In this document: one piece after another, positions 50,632 through 64,000 of the stretch
Position numbering within the stretch: the first letter of the stretch is position 1
Layout of the letters: each line of letters starts with the position of its first letter
Translations under genes and position numbers: made by a program
Source: Rotaria socialis
Taxonomy: Eukaryota
Assembly: GCA_905331295.1 (NCBI GenBank)
Contig: CAJNYD010000012.1
Span: 1 to 64,000 of the forward strand
Length of the DNA: 64,000 bases
Reading direction: 5' to 3'
Notes under the pieces: generated by a model
Database searches by the model: none
Told to the model about the DNA's origin: nothing
Seen by the model: the letters and a program-made list of their open reading frames with translations, nothing else

Positions 50632-53600
50632 TCACAATTCAACATCTTTGAGAGCTGAATGTAGAATTTCAGTACCATGTTGTTTTCGGTATTCCTCTAA
50701 GAAGCTAAATGAAAAAGAAGACACCAACTATAAATAATATTTCAATGTTACATTTATAAATCTATACTTTTCATCAGCTTTAACCATTTTAGTAATAAAT
50801 ATAGCCACATTTTTCTTTGCTGCTTTACTTAACCATGATTCTTCGACTAGTTTTAACATTTGACCAATGATTTTTTCTATTCCTGGATTTTTTTGTAAAA
50901 ATTGACGTGTTGATGGATGAGCACTGATATTTCCGAACATTAATGCACTATTACCAATAAGTAACGAATGTTGACTTGTTATTAATTGTTCATAGATGAG
51001 GGATAAAACTGAAAGAATAAATTTCAAAAATAAAAATTCAACGACACAGATTTTGTTTTGCGTTAAGTTCTGCAATAGAATAAATTTAGAAGCTAGTGAT
51101 CAGTGCTTCGGAAAGCAATCAAGAAAAGTTTTCATGACTTTCAATTCTATTGATCAGAGATACTTTACGTTTTTTATCATTGGCAACAGCTTGTTGTCCT
51201 TGATCATTCGATTTGGTGCATAGTGCCAAAAGTCTTACAGCAGCGCGAATTTTTTCTTCATCGGCATCCTAAAAACAATATTATATTTAGTATAATATTT
51301 GTTTTTCATTAGTTTAACATCACCAAACCTGTTGTAACGCTTGACTAATCGAAACAGTAATTTTATTTTCAACAAGAATATCAATAGCTTGTTCATAATG
51401 CATAGCAACATTGCCTAATAATGTAAACATACGTTGATGATGTGTAGAATGCTTCAGTTTAGTTAGAATCTTTTCACATAACTAAAACAAATGAAGAATT
51501 TTCGAATGAGAATTTCTTTCTTCACTTCAGGAATACATTTTTATATGTTTCTTCTAGATTAGGACTTGGTTCATTTGTTACATTGATTAACAATCCCAAT
51601 AAATTTAATTCGTGTTCATTTTCATTTTGTCCCAAATCGTCAATTAATATTTGAAGAAGATCTGTTTCATTAACAGCACAATGTCGAATGTTTTTTTCCG
51701 AACAAAGATTTGTTAATAATGATAAAATTGTTGTCCGAATTTGCCCATCCATTGACGTCGATTTCTATGTTTAGAAATTAAACAACAAAAAAGATGTATT
51801 TTTACATTGAGCTCTATCTGTGCATTCGTTTAGAGATCGCATGATAGCAAGCATAATAACAAATAATTTCTTACTAATATCGCAATTAATTTTATTAATT
51901 CATTCTTATCATTGAAATATTGTTTAATCCTAAAGCAATGAAATAAAATTTTGCAACGAAAATTTTCTAAATCTTCACTTTGATTCAATTGCTAAGTTGC
52001 TTAGCAATTTTGCAGCGTATATTCCATTCGATTTTTTATTGTTGATCATATTCATTAGACTTTGAATAAAACTAAAGATTTCTTATTTTAAGGCATACTG
52101 TAAGCGAAACTATTTCTTTCGTACTTATTCGATGTAAATTTTTGCAACAAAATCAATCGTGGTTGATTTTGTAATGAAATATCAACGAAAAACTGAAGTG
52201 CAGTTGACGAATAGATATTTTTCGTTGTATAATTATTTAAAAATTTACTTTCCAAACATTCTTTTATATTTTCATCTTAAATTAAAAACAAAACTTTTTT
52301 TTTGAAATCAATACGAAAACTTTTTTTTTTGTACCATCATCTTGACAAATAATAATCATGAGATTAAACACCGAATCAGATAGAGTCTGATCATCAGTTT
52401 TTGCTATAATCGGATGAGAATTAAATAAATTAAAACCATTATTAACACGGAATGCTGTTCGAGTCGTTTCTAGAAACAAAACAGCTAACTCAAAAATACC
52501 GAAAATAATTTCATTTAGAAACAATACCATCTTTTAGTAATTGGCATAGAAGATCAAGTCCGCCTGCATAGAAAATAATCGGTTGTTTATCATTATTTAA
52601 TTTTTGAAGTGTGTTTGTTAAATTCATCGGTTTCGATGGATCTTCATTTGATAGAAATATTCGTGCCGATTCTTCTCGTTGATGTTTATCACGTTGTCGT
52701 TGAACTTCTTGAATGCATTCTGAAAATAGAAACAAAGGAACATCCATCCAAAACCTTCCTATCACTCACGAGCCTTCTATCATACGACGCGTTGCTATAG
52801 GTTCAAAATTTGTTATTGCTATTTGTTCAGCTTGAGTAAATTCGTCTTTAGCACGATCGAATTCTTTTAAATTAATGAAACATTTGCCTCTGATGACAAA
52901 GGCTTTGATGTATGTTGGAGTTACCTAAATAAAAACGTTCGTCAATAGAATGACTTATATCGGAATGAATTGAAGAATGGAACATCTAATAGCGTTCAAT
53001 GCTAGGAAGGAGTTAAGCAGCAAAAATACCAGTTCACGAGGGTTGAATTTTGATGAAAATAAATATTTTCAGCTTTTATTCATTTCTATGCATGGTAGTC
53101 TAGTTTAGGAATTGATAGGAGATGATGCCTCTCAGAAAATATGCAATGTACAAGTTTCAATTAATCTCTCTACTAATCCTATAGTCTAATATTTAAATTA
53201 GATATCCATAGCGATCTTCATCAACTAATTGAATATAATGTGCGCTGCCTGTTCAAAATGTTTTAAATTCTTACTTTCAAAGCCCAATCACAATCATTAA
53301 TTGCATCTTCATATCGTCCTTGTTTTACATATACTTGTGCCCTATTTGTATATAATATATCATAATCTTTTTTGGCGTTCAAACCCTAGAATAAAACAAA
53401 TAAAAAAGTTATGAAAATAATTTTCACTGGCTACTTACTTGTGTATAATAATCAATCGCTTGTTCATATAATTGTTGATGAAATGCATCGTTTCCTTTTG
53501 CTTTGAATTCATCAGCTAAAATTTTATTTTTACGTCGATTTTCTGCACGTTTTTGAGCATCTTTTTCTAATGCGCTCATAAATGCATCTAGACGGGAAAA

Positions 53601-53911
53601 AAAACATCACATAATCGTCTTCATAATCTATCCTATTCTCACTGGGTGATATTTCTTCTTTAGCTGGTTGCGATGGTGATTTATTTATCACGGTGCGATC
53701 CACGCCCGTTTTCGATATTTCCTTAATTAATGTATCTGATTCTTGCATTGCTTTAGATACTGCATGTTGATCGTTAGATGATAAATCTTGAACAACACGA
53801 TCTACGAATACCAAAAATATGTCATTTTGACAAAGAAGAAAAAATTTGCTTACGAATATTATCGACTTTCGATAGAAAATTTTCAAGATCTTCGCTTGTT
53901 TCGTCAACCAT
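50632..53911 (-). CDS. TTC12: Tetratricopeptide repeat protein 12 (TPR plus ARM repeats); multi-exon
   Basis: MVDETSEDLENFLSKVDNI; DRTVINK; ALEKDAQKRAENRR..ADEFKAKGNDAF; LYTNRAQ..AINDCDWAL; ARM region LIGNSAL; ends RKQHGTEILHSALKDVEL*. Confidence 0.88.
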
Positions 53912-54115
53912 GTTATTGACTTTTTTTTAATAAATCGATCTACCTTACTCCATTACTAAATCGTTTCCACGAACGACAAAAGCAGCTGCGTATCTTTTTT
54001 TTCTTCATGCATTTGAAGGTGGCGCTGTGAATTTGAATTGGTTGCTTTAAAATGACATGGCGCAAAAGGAAAAGAACAAAGACAAGAACGCTCGCTCTTG
54101 TCATTAACAACGAAT

Positions 54116-57100
54116 ATGCCTGAACCAGCACCACGACGGTAAATGAAATAGTCCTTGTCTTGTTTTGTGTATTTGGAAGATCTTTTTTTAGGTCATTAGC
54201 TGCACGACGTACAAGAAAACTCTCGGAATTCGATGCTGATGTTGATGAAAAAGAAAATTCTCTTAATGATAGTCTTACTGGACGAAGGCAATCACGTTTA
54301 TTGAATAATTCATTCAATGGTATCGATGAACCAGCTCAAACGCCGAGACAATTAGTTGATTTATATCAAAAAACAGTTGAATTAGCAACGCAAGGAAAAA
54401 TCAATATTAAAAATGCATTTAGTATTCCTCTGGTCGAACGTTTACCACAAATTTTAAATGCTATTGCGCTTGATGATAAAGACAATCATAATTTAGGTCC
54501 TAATTTTGTTAAAGCTGGTTCGGTTATTGATACAAGGTAAGAACAGTTGAACACCGATAATATTAAAATCAATTTATGAAACAGTCATTAAAGCGATATT
54601 TTCTTTTGTAAATGAATAAGAAAAGTTTTATTCTTCGGAACAGATTCTATACCAAATAGTAAGTCGTACACAGCTAACTTCGATTCAGACTTGATTTCTT
54701 AATTTCGCGAGAAAAAAACACATCACAGGACAAAAACGAGTGAATTTGAAGCCTTGTCAAATATCATTTAGAGTAAAAACTGTTTTCTTCAATCTATGAA
54801 ATGCCGTTTCTATCTTTAGTGCTAAAATCTATGGTTTCCGTGTTGATGCTCTACATACAGAAACTCAAAAATTAAGTGGAAATATTTTAAATAATGAAGA
54901 CGAACGATCTGGCGATGGAGAAATTAAACAAGAAGGTCAAACAGATGCTAATGGCGACACTATTGATGGAGAACAAGGCGATATCAAAAAGCCAATACGT
55001 CGTGTCAAAGCAAAAGCAACAACATTTATTTTAACTGATTTATCTAAAATAACACTTGAGCATGAATTTGAATTTCGTCCGTTACAACCACCACATATGT
55101 GTCAATGGCGTGGAGGCATCGGTGCAGATTCTATCTATGCTGAGATGGTATCGAGTACAATGTATTCATCAAGCGATTTTCCACTTATTGATGGTTTTAC
55201 AAATGCAAATGTTCAAGTCGAAGAACAAGATACTAAAATTAATAGTATCCTCGACTGTACATTGAATCATATGATTGATTTATCAACACTACGCGGTGTT
55301 CTTAAGACAAACGAAGGACATGATCATATTCTTGGTAAGATTTGTGTTAATTATTTATTTACGAATTGTCTTGTTTAATTTCTTTAGGAAATCAAACATT
55401 ACGTGAATTTGTATTTAATGAAATCCCAAGTGGTTCATTTATTGATACAATTCATGAAAGTTGTTTGGCACAAATGGATGAAAGTTTGAATAGATCCTGT
55501 GCAAACAATGATGATGTTGATGATGACGATGGATACAATCACGAAGAATTAGTTCACGCTGCTATTGATGATCTCAACGATGATGCATGTCACGCAAATG
55601 AAGTTTTTAAAAATGCTTTAAGCGAACTAAGTAATCAAGATCCATCAAGTATGCACTCAAATTTGGGTAATTTTCAATCACAACAATCAATTAATGTAAG
55701 TCGAAATATTAGCGATTCAATTATTCGCTCAAAAATGCAACGCTAAAGTCATAAAAGTAGAGAACTGTGGACCGTTGATTCCAAGCCAACTTCTCTGGTT
55801 ACTGTAACAGACATCGGGTGGGTGTGGACTTTTGAGATTTGACTCGTAACTTAGCAAACTTTTCTCTTTTTGTATCCTAGAATAAGAAAGCGATTCTATG
55901 GTTTATAAGAATATGAGCATTATACCCTACCTTCAGTCTCTTAGATAGTAAACGACAAGAAGGCCTGAAATTGTTCCATGGCGAGTGCAAATAGGCATCC
56001 TATTACCTAGCGAGTATAAATATGCGTTATTTATCCAAAACACGATCTGTATGAATTCTTTATTTGATTTTCTTAGTCAAATCTTCCATCAACACAAGGC
56101 ATATTATCATCATCATTTATGAGTACAGTTTCGTTTGCTGATCAAATGCCAAGTTTATTGAATTCAAAAGATGGTCAATCAGAATATTCATATTTCGATG
56201 CAACGAAACTAAAACTATTTGCTGGACCGAATATATGGAAATTCACTAATTTACTGAATGCGACTGTACCAACAGCTAATACTACATCAGTCATTCAACA
56301 ACAAGCACCAGTGCTACCGCATAAAGTTACTGGTATAGCAAGAGAAGGAGGTGGTTCGAAACGAAATATTCGTGTTGATACATTTAATCAATTGCCTCTT
56401 GATCAAATTATATTGGGTTGTAATAATAATGGTCGGGATAAAAAAGCTGTTAGTACAAGTCAAAGGTCGACTGTATTACGTATGCGCGAAAAAAGTTTCA
56501 ATCAAATGCAATTGACTCGAAAAATACGTCCATTAAGTGATTTAACAAATTTCTATAATTTTCCTGATTTAAGCATTGAACATTTGGAATTAATTAATCA
56601 ACGACGAGAACGACAGCAACAACAAACACAAGACTATTACGATCATGACGATTTCGATCACAATGATGCTGGTCATCACGACGACGGTAAGAGAATTTCC
56701 TATACAGTAACCATTTGAATGAATCACTAAAAACGATCCTAAGTGTTTTTTTCATCTCTTCACGAAAGATAGCAAGCGGGCTGAAAAGATTCATAATGAA
56801 GTGTCTCACAGTTGGTTTGGATTCTTTTCCATGTATGAATTTATTTTCATTTCTAGACGGCCCATTAATAGAAATGCACTTTGACTTTATTCGCCCAGTT
56901 CATTATGAAAAAATTGAATTCGCCAAAGGTGCATCATCGGTTAATGCCAAAATACTCAAACGTCAAATCATTGAAGAGTTTACTCGTCAAAAAGTCGAAC
57001 AACAACGTACTTTATCCCTGGATACGAGCACAGCAAGTCAACAATCATCAATTTCATCGTGTCAAACTCAATCGCAGCCAGCTGTTGAATTTTCAATTCT

Positions 57101-57323
57101 ATGTGAAAATCTTGCTGATCATGGTTATTTATCATTACAAACAGATTTAGCATCGGCATTTTATTGTATGTTAATTAATTGTAATGAAAATAAATTATTT
57201 ATGAAAAACAACTCAAAACGTGACGATCTATTTATTCAAGAACGTCCATTTGCTGATCAACGAGATATTTCAGCATTATCATATTCTTATACAAGCCATT
57301 CAAATTTATCTATTGCTAATTAA
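54116..57323 (+). CDS. NCAPH: Condensin I kleisin subunit (barren/Cnd2/CAP-H); multi-exon
   Basis: KINIKNAFSIPL, NFVKAGSVIDT|SAKIYGFRVDALH, SEYSYFD..FAGP..WKF, KIEFAK..VNAKILK, AFYCMLINCNENKL. Confidence 0.92.
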
Positions 57324-57422
57324 TTCATCGTTTAATAAGAAAAAAATGATTTGTATATTCCGTAGTTATTTTTTTTTGTATGTAAAAAATACACAACAAC
57401 TTGTTTGTGTACACGAAATTAA

Positions 57423-60400
57423 TTAAAATTGGTGTGTTCGTTTAAGAATTAATGAAATAATAAAGAAAATGAAAATCATATGAGAAGATGCGAGTTTTGT
57501 TGCGCGACTATGCATTGTATTGATTGTTTTACCTTGTGAAAGTAAGGTTTGGCCGATTAGATAAACAGCAAAATTTGGTGGATAAATATTAAAGGATTGA
57601 ACCATTGCATTAACGGACAGATCACCACAACATGTTACAATGTAATCTAGAGAGAAAATATTATCTAGGATATAAATACAAGATTAAAAACATACTTTGA
57701 TATGACATACTTGGAGGATTAACTGAAAAAGAAGAAAAAAAGTAATATTTTGATTTTCATCTTAAGGTAGAATGAAGTATGAGATATAAGATCGGGTTTA
57801 TCGGCATGATAATGTGTGTTTATAACACATATGAGCCTTTCATACTATTCAACTTAGAAAAGAACTTGTGAGATCTAATTTATTCGAACCAGTATACAAT
57901 TTTGCACTTTGCTTTGTTTGAAATTCTTCTAGGGCAACCGTTATCAAAGCTTGATCTTAGATCATATTTTTCTTAAAGGCTTTATTGATGAAGTTTTATA
58001 CGTTAGTTTATTATTCGCCGTAAGACGAACTACTTTGCTAGCTGAAAAATGATTTGAAGTTTTCATACCTTCTGCTAGAGTACCAGCTAATGATTGAACC
58101 GTAATTCGGTCGCCAGTCATTGCAATACAAGATTGTGGTCCACTTGCATAAGTCGGTCCACCAGCATAAACATTTGGATTTACGTAGCTATTTTGTGGCC
58201 CATTCCTTTGTAGACTATTAACTTGTGGACTCAAAAGAATCTTTTTCGTTGTATTCCAGGGAGGATTCGATATTGGTTGATTTACCATTGCTAAATGATT
58301 ATAATTAAAATTTTTATTAGCTGAATAAGTTCGATAATAACCTGGAAAAACTTCGGGCTTCTGTGATGCATAACCATTCATCGCATAGCCGGGATTATAC
58401 ATTGGATTATTATTAGAACCGAATGATGGCGCAGCAGCTGGATAATTTCCATAGGTTTGCTGTTGTGGTTGATAATAGCCCGAGCCGCCAAGCCCCGATG
58501 ACTGTTGTAAACCTTGTCTATTCATCATCATCATCATCGTATTTGTCTGATTTCGTTGACTAGCCGTCCAATCTTGTCGTCTTCGACGAGTACGTTGCGG
58601 TTTTATTTTGATATTTTGATTACGATTATAAAACCCGCCTGAACGACGTAATACATTACTCATTGGGTCAAGAAGAATATCAGCACATATATGACGTAGA
58701 ACAAACTGTTTAAGGAAAAAGAAAGCACGGATTCTCCAAAATTTAAGTACAATAAATATTTACTTGTCTTAATTGATTCACATTCGTTGTTGAACCAATA
58801 GATTGTAATGCTGCATTAGTTGGAATAAATAGTGTATAAGGAAGACCCGATTGTTTCAATTGTTCAATAACACGTGTTTGTTGAAGTAATTGTGCAAATC
58901 CACTAAATATAATAAATAATATTTATCAAGTAGCAATCGATTATAGTTGTTACCTTGTTCCTTGTATCGATGTAAGAATTCCTTCGAGTGGAACCATCAT
59001 TCCAGATACAATACCTATAATGACAGGATGATTCCCATTCGAAATTTAAAAAAACACAAACAAATATACCGTGAACAACATGCATCACTCCATTTTTAAC
59101 TCGAATATTTGATTCACTATTAAGAATAGTTGCTGTAAATGGTAAAGAATTTGTTGTTCGACCGACAAGGGATACAACTGAAATCAAGTAAGTTGAATAA
59201 TAATAGACTAACACTTCATCTCTTACTATTTCCATTTGCACCAGTTGATATTTGTGCTTGGACAGAAAATTGTGGATCCATTGTCGGATAGACCTGACCG
59301 TGTTGAAAAATCGTTGAGGAAGGGTACGATGGTGTTGGATAATAGTTAGGAGGATTGAATTGTTGCTTTTGGGTAGGTAACATTGGTTGTTGCTGTTGCT
59401 GAATGGGAAGTATTTGCTGTTGTTGATTAGGAAATGTTTGTTGTTGTTGTTGATTAGGAAATATTTGCTGTTGTTGTTGATTAGGAAATATTTGTTGCTG
59501 TTGTTGATTATGAAATGTTTGTTGCTGTTGTTGTTGTTGTTGAACAGGCATCATTTGTTGTTGAACAGGAATCATTTGCTGTTGTTGAATAGGTTGCATC
59601 TGCTGGTTGGGTAATCGTTGTTGTTGAGGAAATTGTTGTGATTGAAAGTTCGTACCTGATGGAATATTCATTTGTCTACGACGTCTTGATTCTTTTTTGT
59701 CAGATCGAGAACCAGTTCGTTGAAACAGGGGCATCTGAAATTGTTGCTGATTAAAACCGACCGGCATGAATGGCTGTTGCTGCTGAGGCATAAATGGTTG
59801 CTGTTGTTGCGGCATTATTGGTTGCTGCTGTTGATGCATGAACGGTTGTTGTTGTTGCGGCATTATTGGTTGCTGCTGTTGATGCATGAACGGTTGTTGT
59901 TGTTGAGGCATTAACGGTTGTTGTTGTTGAGGCATTAACGGTTGCTGTTGTTGAGGCATTAACGGTTGTTGTTGTTGCCAGGTTTGATACGCATTTTGCT
60001 GATCGAATGAATTCGACGTTGCTGGTGCAACCATCGATTCATCTGTATAAACTGCCAATCGTAATATATGTCGACGTAAATGCTAATACAAAAAAGTAGA
60101 TGATAGGTGCAAATCGCAATCTTAGACTCTAAAATATCTAGCACGAAAAGCTGTTAGAATTTATTCAATATGATGCAGACAAAGAAATCTTGTGTTTTAG
60201 GTCAGAGATTCAATTTATTGAAAGCCACTCTGGACAGAAACATTCTTTTTTGGTATGTTCAATTAGATGATCTAATGATTTATGATTTTTAAAAATAATA
60301 TTTACCATACTAAGCTCTTGTGAATTTCCCAACTGTTGAATAGATATTTGTTGCGGTATAAGTATCGTTATATTGAGTGAACCCTGTGGATTGAACATGT

Positions 60401-63362
60401 TCATATTTGTTGTTCCTTGTAGTATACTCATTAATTCGGGATCGCCAGATTGTTGAACAAGATTCATAAAATATCTTGAAGGGTCAAACACAAAAAAGAT
60501 AATTTTGTTTAAAAACTTTAACTAATCATGCTTACTGATAGCTTTGCGACAATTCATCTGCTGCTGATCGAGTTTGACTAGTAAGAATCGTTGAAATTGG
60601 ATAGACAACACCGTTACCATATAGGCGAATCTCTTCTGAACGACTAATTAAAATACGAGCTACATATCGACCACAAATAACATCAACTACAAAAGGCAAT
60701 CATCGATTATATATATGAATTAATAAAAACAAATCTGTCTCTGATATTAAAATACAAGACAGGTTGTAATTGCTCTTGCTAATTACAAATAGATTGCTTT
60801 ATTCGAGGCACGTCTCTTCACTTCATTCGTACTGGATAGGTGAGAAACTCAATAGGGTGGTAATTCATATTATATCGTTACGCTATGAATACATGAACAA
60901 TCAGGTGGTCATTCATACTGTTTGTTAAAGTGAAAATTTTCCACACCTTTACTTCAACATTCATTTTAAATACTGTTGTTCACAAAATATTACCTTGAAA
61001 TGAATGATCCGGTTGCACTATTTTACGAAATGTAATCCATTTATTTTCAGTCAATGTTGTTATTTTCTTAGTTGAATCCATTGAGCTTGGGAATAGTACT
61101 AATGGACTTACATGTGTTCTGATAAACTAAATAGTTTAATTTTAGAATAGAAAAAAGTAAACAGCAATAAAGTTTTTACTTCATTTATATCGTTCGTATT
61201 ATTCGTGTAGAATTGATCAAATAGAAAACTTAAACTTGAACCCATACTTGCGAATGCTTGATCATTTGGTAGAAACCATGTTTGATGATGCATTGAACGT
61301 AGTTCAGATCGAAAAAAGTCGCTGCGGTCAGCTAATTGTCGCAGGCGTCTTCAAATTAGAAAAAAATATTGATCAATTCGTCAATGAATATTTCGCACGG
61401 AAATCTTACGAAAATTGTCTATCTTCAAGTGCATCATAAGCTGTTTTATACTGAGTTTGATCACGTCGTTCAGGTGGCCATAGAATATGATCTATCACGT
61501 GAATAATACCTCGACTCATTGGACGTGTGCTTAATATAAATGCATTGTTAATGGTAGGACGCTAAAAGAAGAAATCAATCTTTATCGAAATTCGTTTTTG
61601 GCGAATAGAACAGGGAAAATCATTATAACTAGTTGACTCTGATGGAAAATAGACAAATATCTGTAGAAAAAAAAGGAAATATATTATCTCTATATTTATC
61701 AGATCATGAAATAAATACCGCGGGCGTATTTACGTTAAATTTACATGGTCTTGTTTAATTCGCGGAGCTGATTCTGTGTGATTAAATATCGAATTTAAAA
61801 AGTTAGAAGAAACATAAATCTTATTAAAATAACATTGTCGTTATTTCATAATAAATGGCATAAAGATAAAGTTTTCAATAATGCTATTGATTATATTAAT
61901 GATCGATGTCAAGATCAAGACTATTCCATATTGGATTTGTCGAGAAGTATAGACAAGATAAAAATTCACCGCTGAATCGCATACAACAGAAATCTGATTA
62001 ATAGGTTTTTGACAGTTTCAGATTATTTTTCTTACGATAACATTTGCTTCTAAGTTCATATCGAATGACACATCAGGAAACCTCTGAAACTTGTATAACA
62101 TAGCGATCTAATTGAGAATATCTCATATTCTGTATTGTATTTTATTCTTATTTCGCAAAACTAAAATGATTTTAACAATTCATCAACAAGACTTTAAATT
62201 CTTCGGAATAAGATTAAACTCGGTTTTTTACGATTTCAGACCGACACTCGAGAAAAAAATAATCATGTTGTCGTGTAAATATGCTAATTCAACGAAAAAC
62301 ATCAATGTTGAACGCTTACTAATAATCCAATATTCGCACCGGGTCCCATGGGTGCAAAATTAGCTTGTTTAAAATATGAATTATAATTCATATTTGGCAT
62401 CGTAGGATTTTGTATGTATTGTCCATTAGTATTTGGAGGATTCATAGGATTTCCATAAAAATTTGTTAAATTAGGTGGAAATAAATTTTGATTATTCGGC
62501 ACAAAACTACCTACAGAAGAAAAGAAATCTTTCAATTAATAGATTTTTTTCTTGTTTTGTACTTTGAGGAGAAAAATAATTTTGCTTTTGATTATAATTA
62601 TTTCCTAAAAAATAAGAAAGTTCATTAAATTCTATAAGTTTCTCTTTTCCTCTATTGATTTTTTTATACCAAAATTTGGTTTCAGTGCAAGATCATTATC
62701 TAAGAAATTTGTTCGATTTAACGATGTATGTGTTAGCCAAGATATTCCACCTTGACCATAGCCTGCATTATCATAACTATCATTTACATGTGCACCTATT
62801 CCACCATAAAATCCAAGGCCATAGAAAACCTTGGCAAAAAAAAAAACGTTTTTTCTAATTCGCAAATTTTTTTCTGCGCCTGACATACTTGAAATGGTAA
62901 TGCTATTGTTGGTAAATTATTTTGTGCTCGCAAATCAATCATTTGTCTTGGATTAGCTTCATTTAATTTTGTTTGTGCCATATTATACAATGTTTGATCA
63001 TCGTAGCGTCCCGGTACAATGTGATACTTCCAAAGTAAATTTGGATCTTCAATTTTCCCACTAAGGTGAGACATAGCCTCATTATTTGGTGCAAATATTG
63101 TAAAATCATTCATACCACCCAATTGCTGTTGAGGATAAATATTTTGTAATAACATTTGTATGTCTTGTTGACGGATTAATTGTTGATGAAACTATATTTT
63201 TAATTACAAGATAAAAAGAATTAATTCATTTTTGTCTTCTTCTTCTTCTTCTTCAAAACTTACCAATGTTAAATCAGGCATGTTTGCAATATCATCAAGT
63301 GGACCAGCCGAACAATTAATAATAATAATTATAAATAAAGTAAAAAACTGCATGGAACTCAT
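57423..63362 (-). CDS. Secreted multi-FAS1 (fasciclin) protein with Q/N-rich inserts and a probable GPI signal; many exons
   Basis: Signal peptide from ATG 63362. FAS1 motifs FTIFAPNNEAM..YHIVPG, RGIIHVIDHIL, TWFLPNDQAF, GNGVVYPI, NGVMHVVHG and YTLFIPTNAA. A spliced hydrophobic C-terminus ends at 57423. Confidence 0.88.
59385..59977 (-). repeat. Coding tandem repeats: (QQQQPxMP/H)n, 24-nt unit, and (QQQQQIFPN)n, about 27-nt unit
   Basis: Visible in the 59216-60058 ORF as two arrays flanking a basic RSDKKESRRRR segment. Confidence 0.9.
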
Positions 63363-64000
63363 CTTTTGTAAATACTCTAAAAATAAAATTTATTTCAATC
63401 ACTAACTGACATTGTCACGTGCAAGAACTGATTGTTGAGACATAAAAAAAAGATCGAATCAGGTGAATATCGAACATATACAAATGACCGCATGAGAACA
63501 GTGTGAACATATTTTTTAATGATCAGACGACGATGAACTCTCTAGCGTAGAATTTCTCTTTTGTTCTCTATTCATAGTTCATCTCGAGCAATATGAATGA
63601 TTGCCATAGATTGTTCTTGAGGGTGTTCGAATATGAATAAAATACAAGATGCTATTTTGTCAATAATTATATACGTAATAGACAACAGTTTGTTTTTTGT
63701 TAGATTTGTAACTGATGAATAAAGAAATATATAAGGCCTTATCGGCAATGTCATCGAGTGTCTAAAACGAAAAATATTTATCAAACTCATGCTTATCTAT
63801 CTTTTCCTGTTACAATACTTGATGACTGTCATCGAAATCATCGATCATATTGATAAAAAAAACACATTCTAGAAATGCCGTGAGTTCAAGCTGAATACCA
63901 AACAAAAACGCCTACTTTCCTCTTCTTAACTAGGTATATTCTCTTGAATTTATATCTATTCAGTATTTTCTAAACTAAACTCAATTTACGTACGCTTACC

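Noticed and set aside
59387..59914. Leu-rich + strand ORFs, and the regular repeat as a possible CRISPR-like array
   Set aside because: Antisense of poly-Gln codons. The repeats are contiguous coding units without unique spacers, in a eukaryotic gene.
1..64000. tRNA/rRNA genes, hammerhead ribozymes, telomeric repeat tracts
   Set aside because: No cloverleaf, complete CUGANGA...GAAA core with stems, or telomeric array was recognised by eye. A covariance-model scan would be needed to exclude them.

Overview
AT-rich eukaryotic (animal) genomic DNA with many 50-65 nt GT-AG introns. The gene content (PAN/apple and FG-GAP repeat genes, a cytoplasmic intermediate filament with a lamin-tail domain, a retrovirus-like LTR element) suggests a bdelloid rotifer, but that is inference. 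From left to right: an apparently intact, young Ty3/gypsy LTR retrotransposon on the minus strand (gag, -1 frameshift, pol, small transmembrane ORF3) inserted into a decayed PAN/apple-domain gene; a pogo/Fot1-type transposase relic; four tandem divergent UBE2L3-like E2 genes interrupted by neuroguidin and a small membrane-protein gene; a MITE; a C-type lectin receptor; an FG-GAP pseudogene; an atypical trypsin-fold protease; an intermediate filament gene; an assembly artefact (N plus poly-C); an acidic protein that resembles an uncharacterised fungal family (HGT candidate); an AKNA-domain gene; AK6; TTC12 head-to-head with NCAPH; and a multi-FAS1, Q-rich, probably GPI-anchored fasciclin. The most notable items are the E2 cluster (shared variable insertion, one HPN->HPL copy), ORF3 of the retroelement, the protease lacking both halves of the Ile16-Asp194 activation switch, and the fungal-like gene. 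All homology calls are from motif recognition by eye; no searches were run, and exon boundaries are manual.
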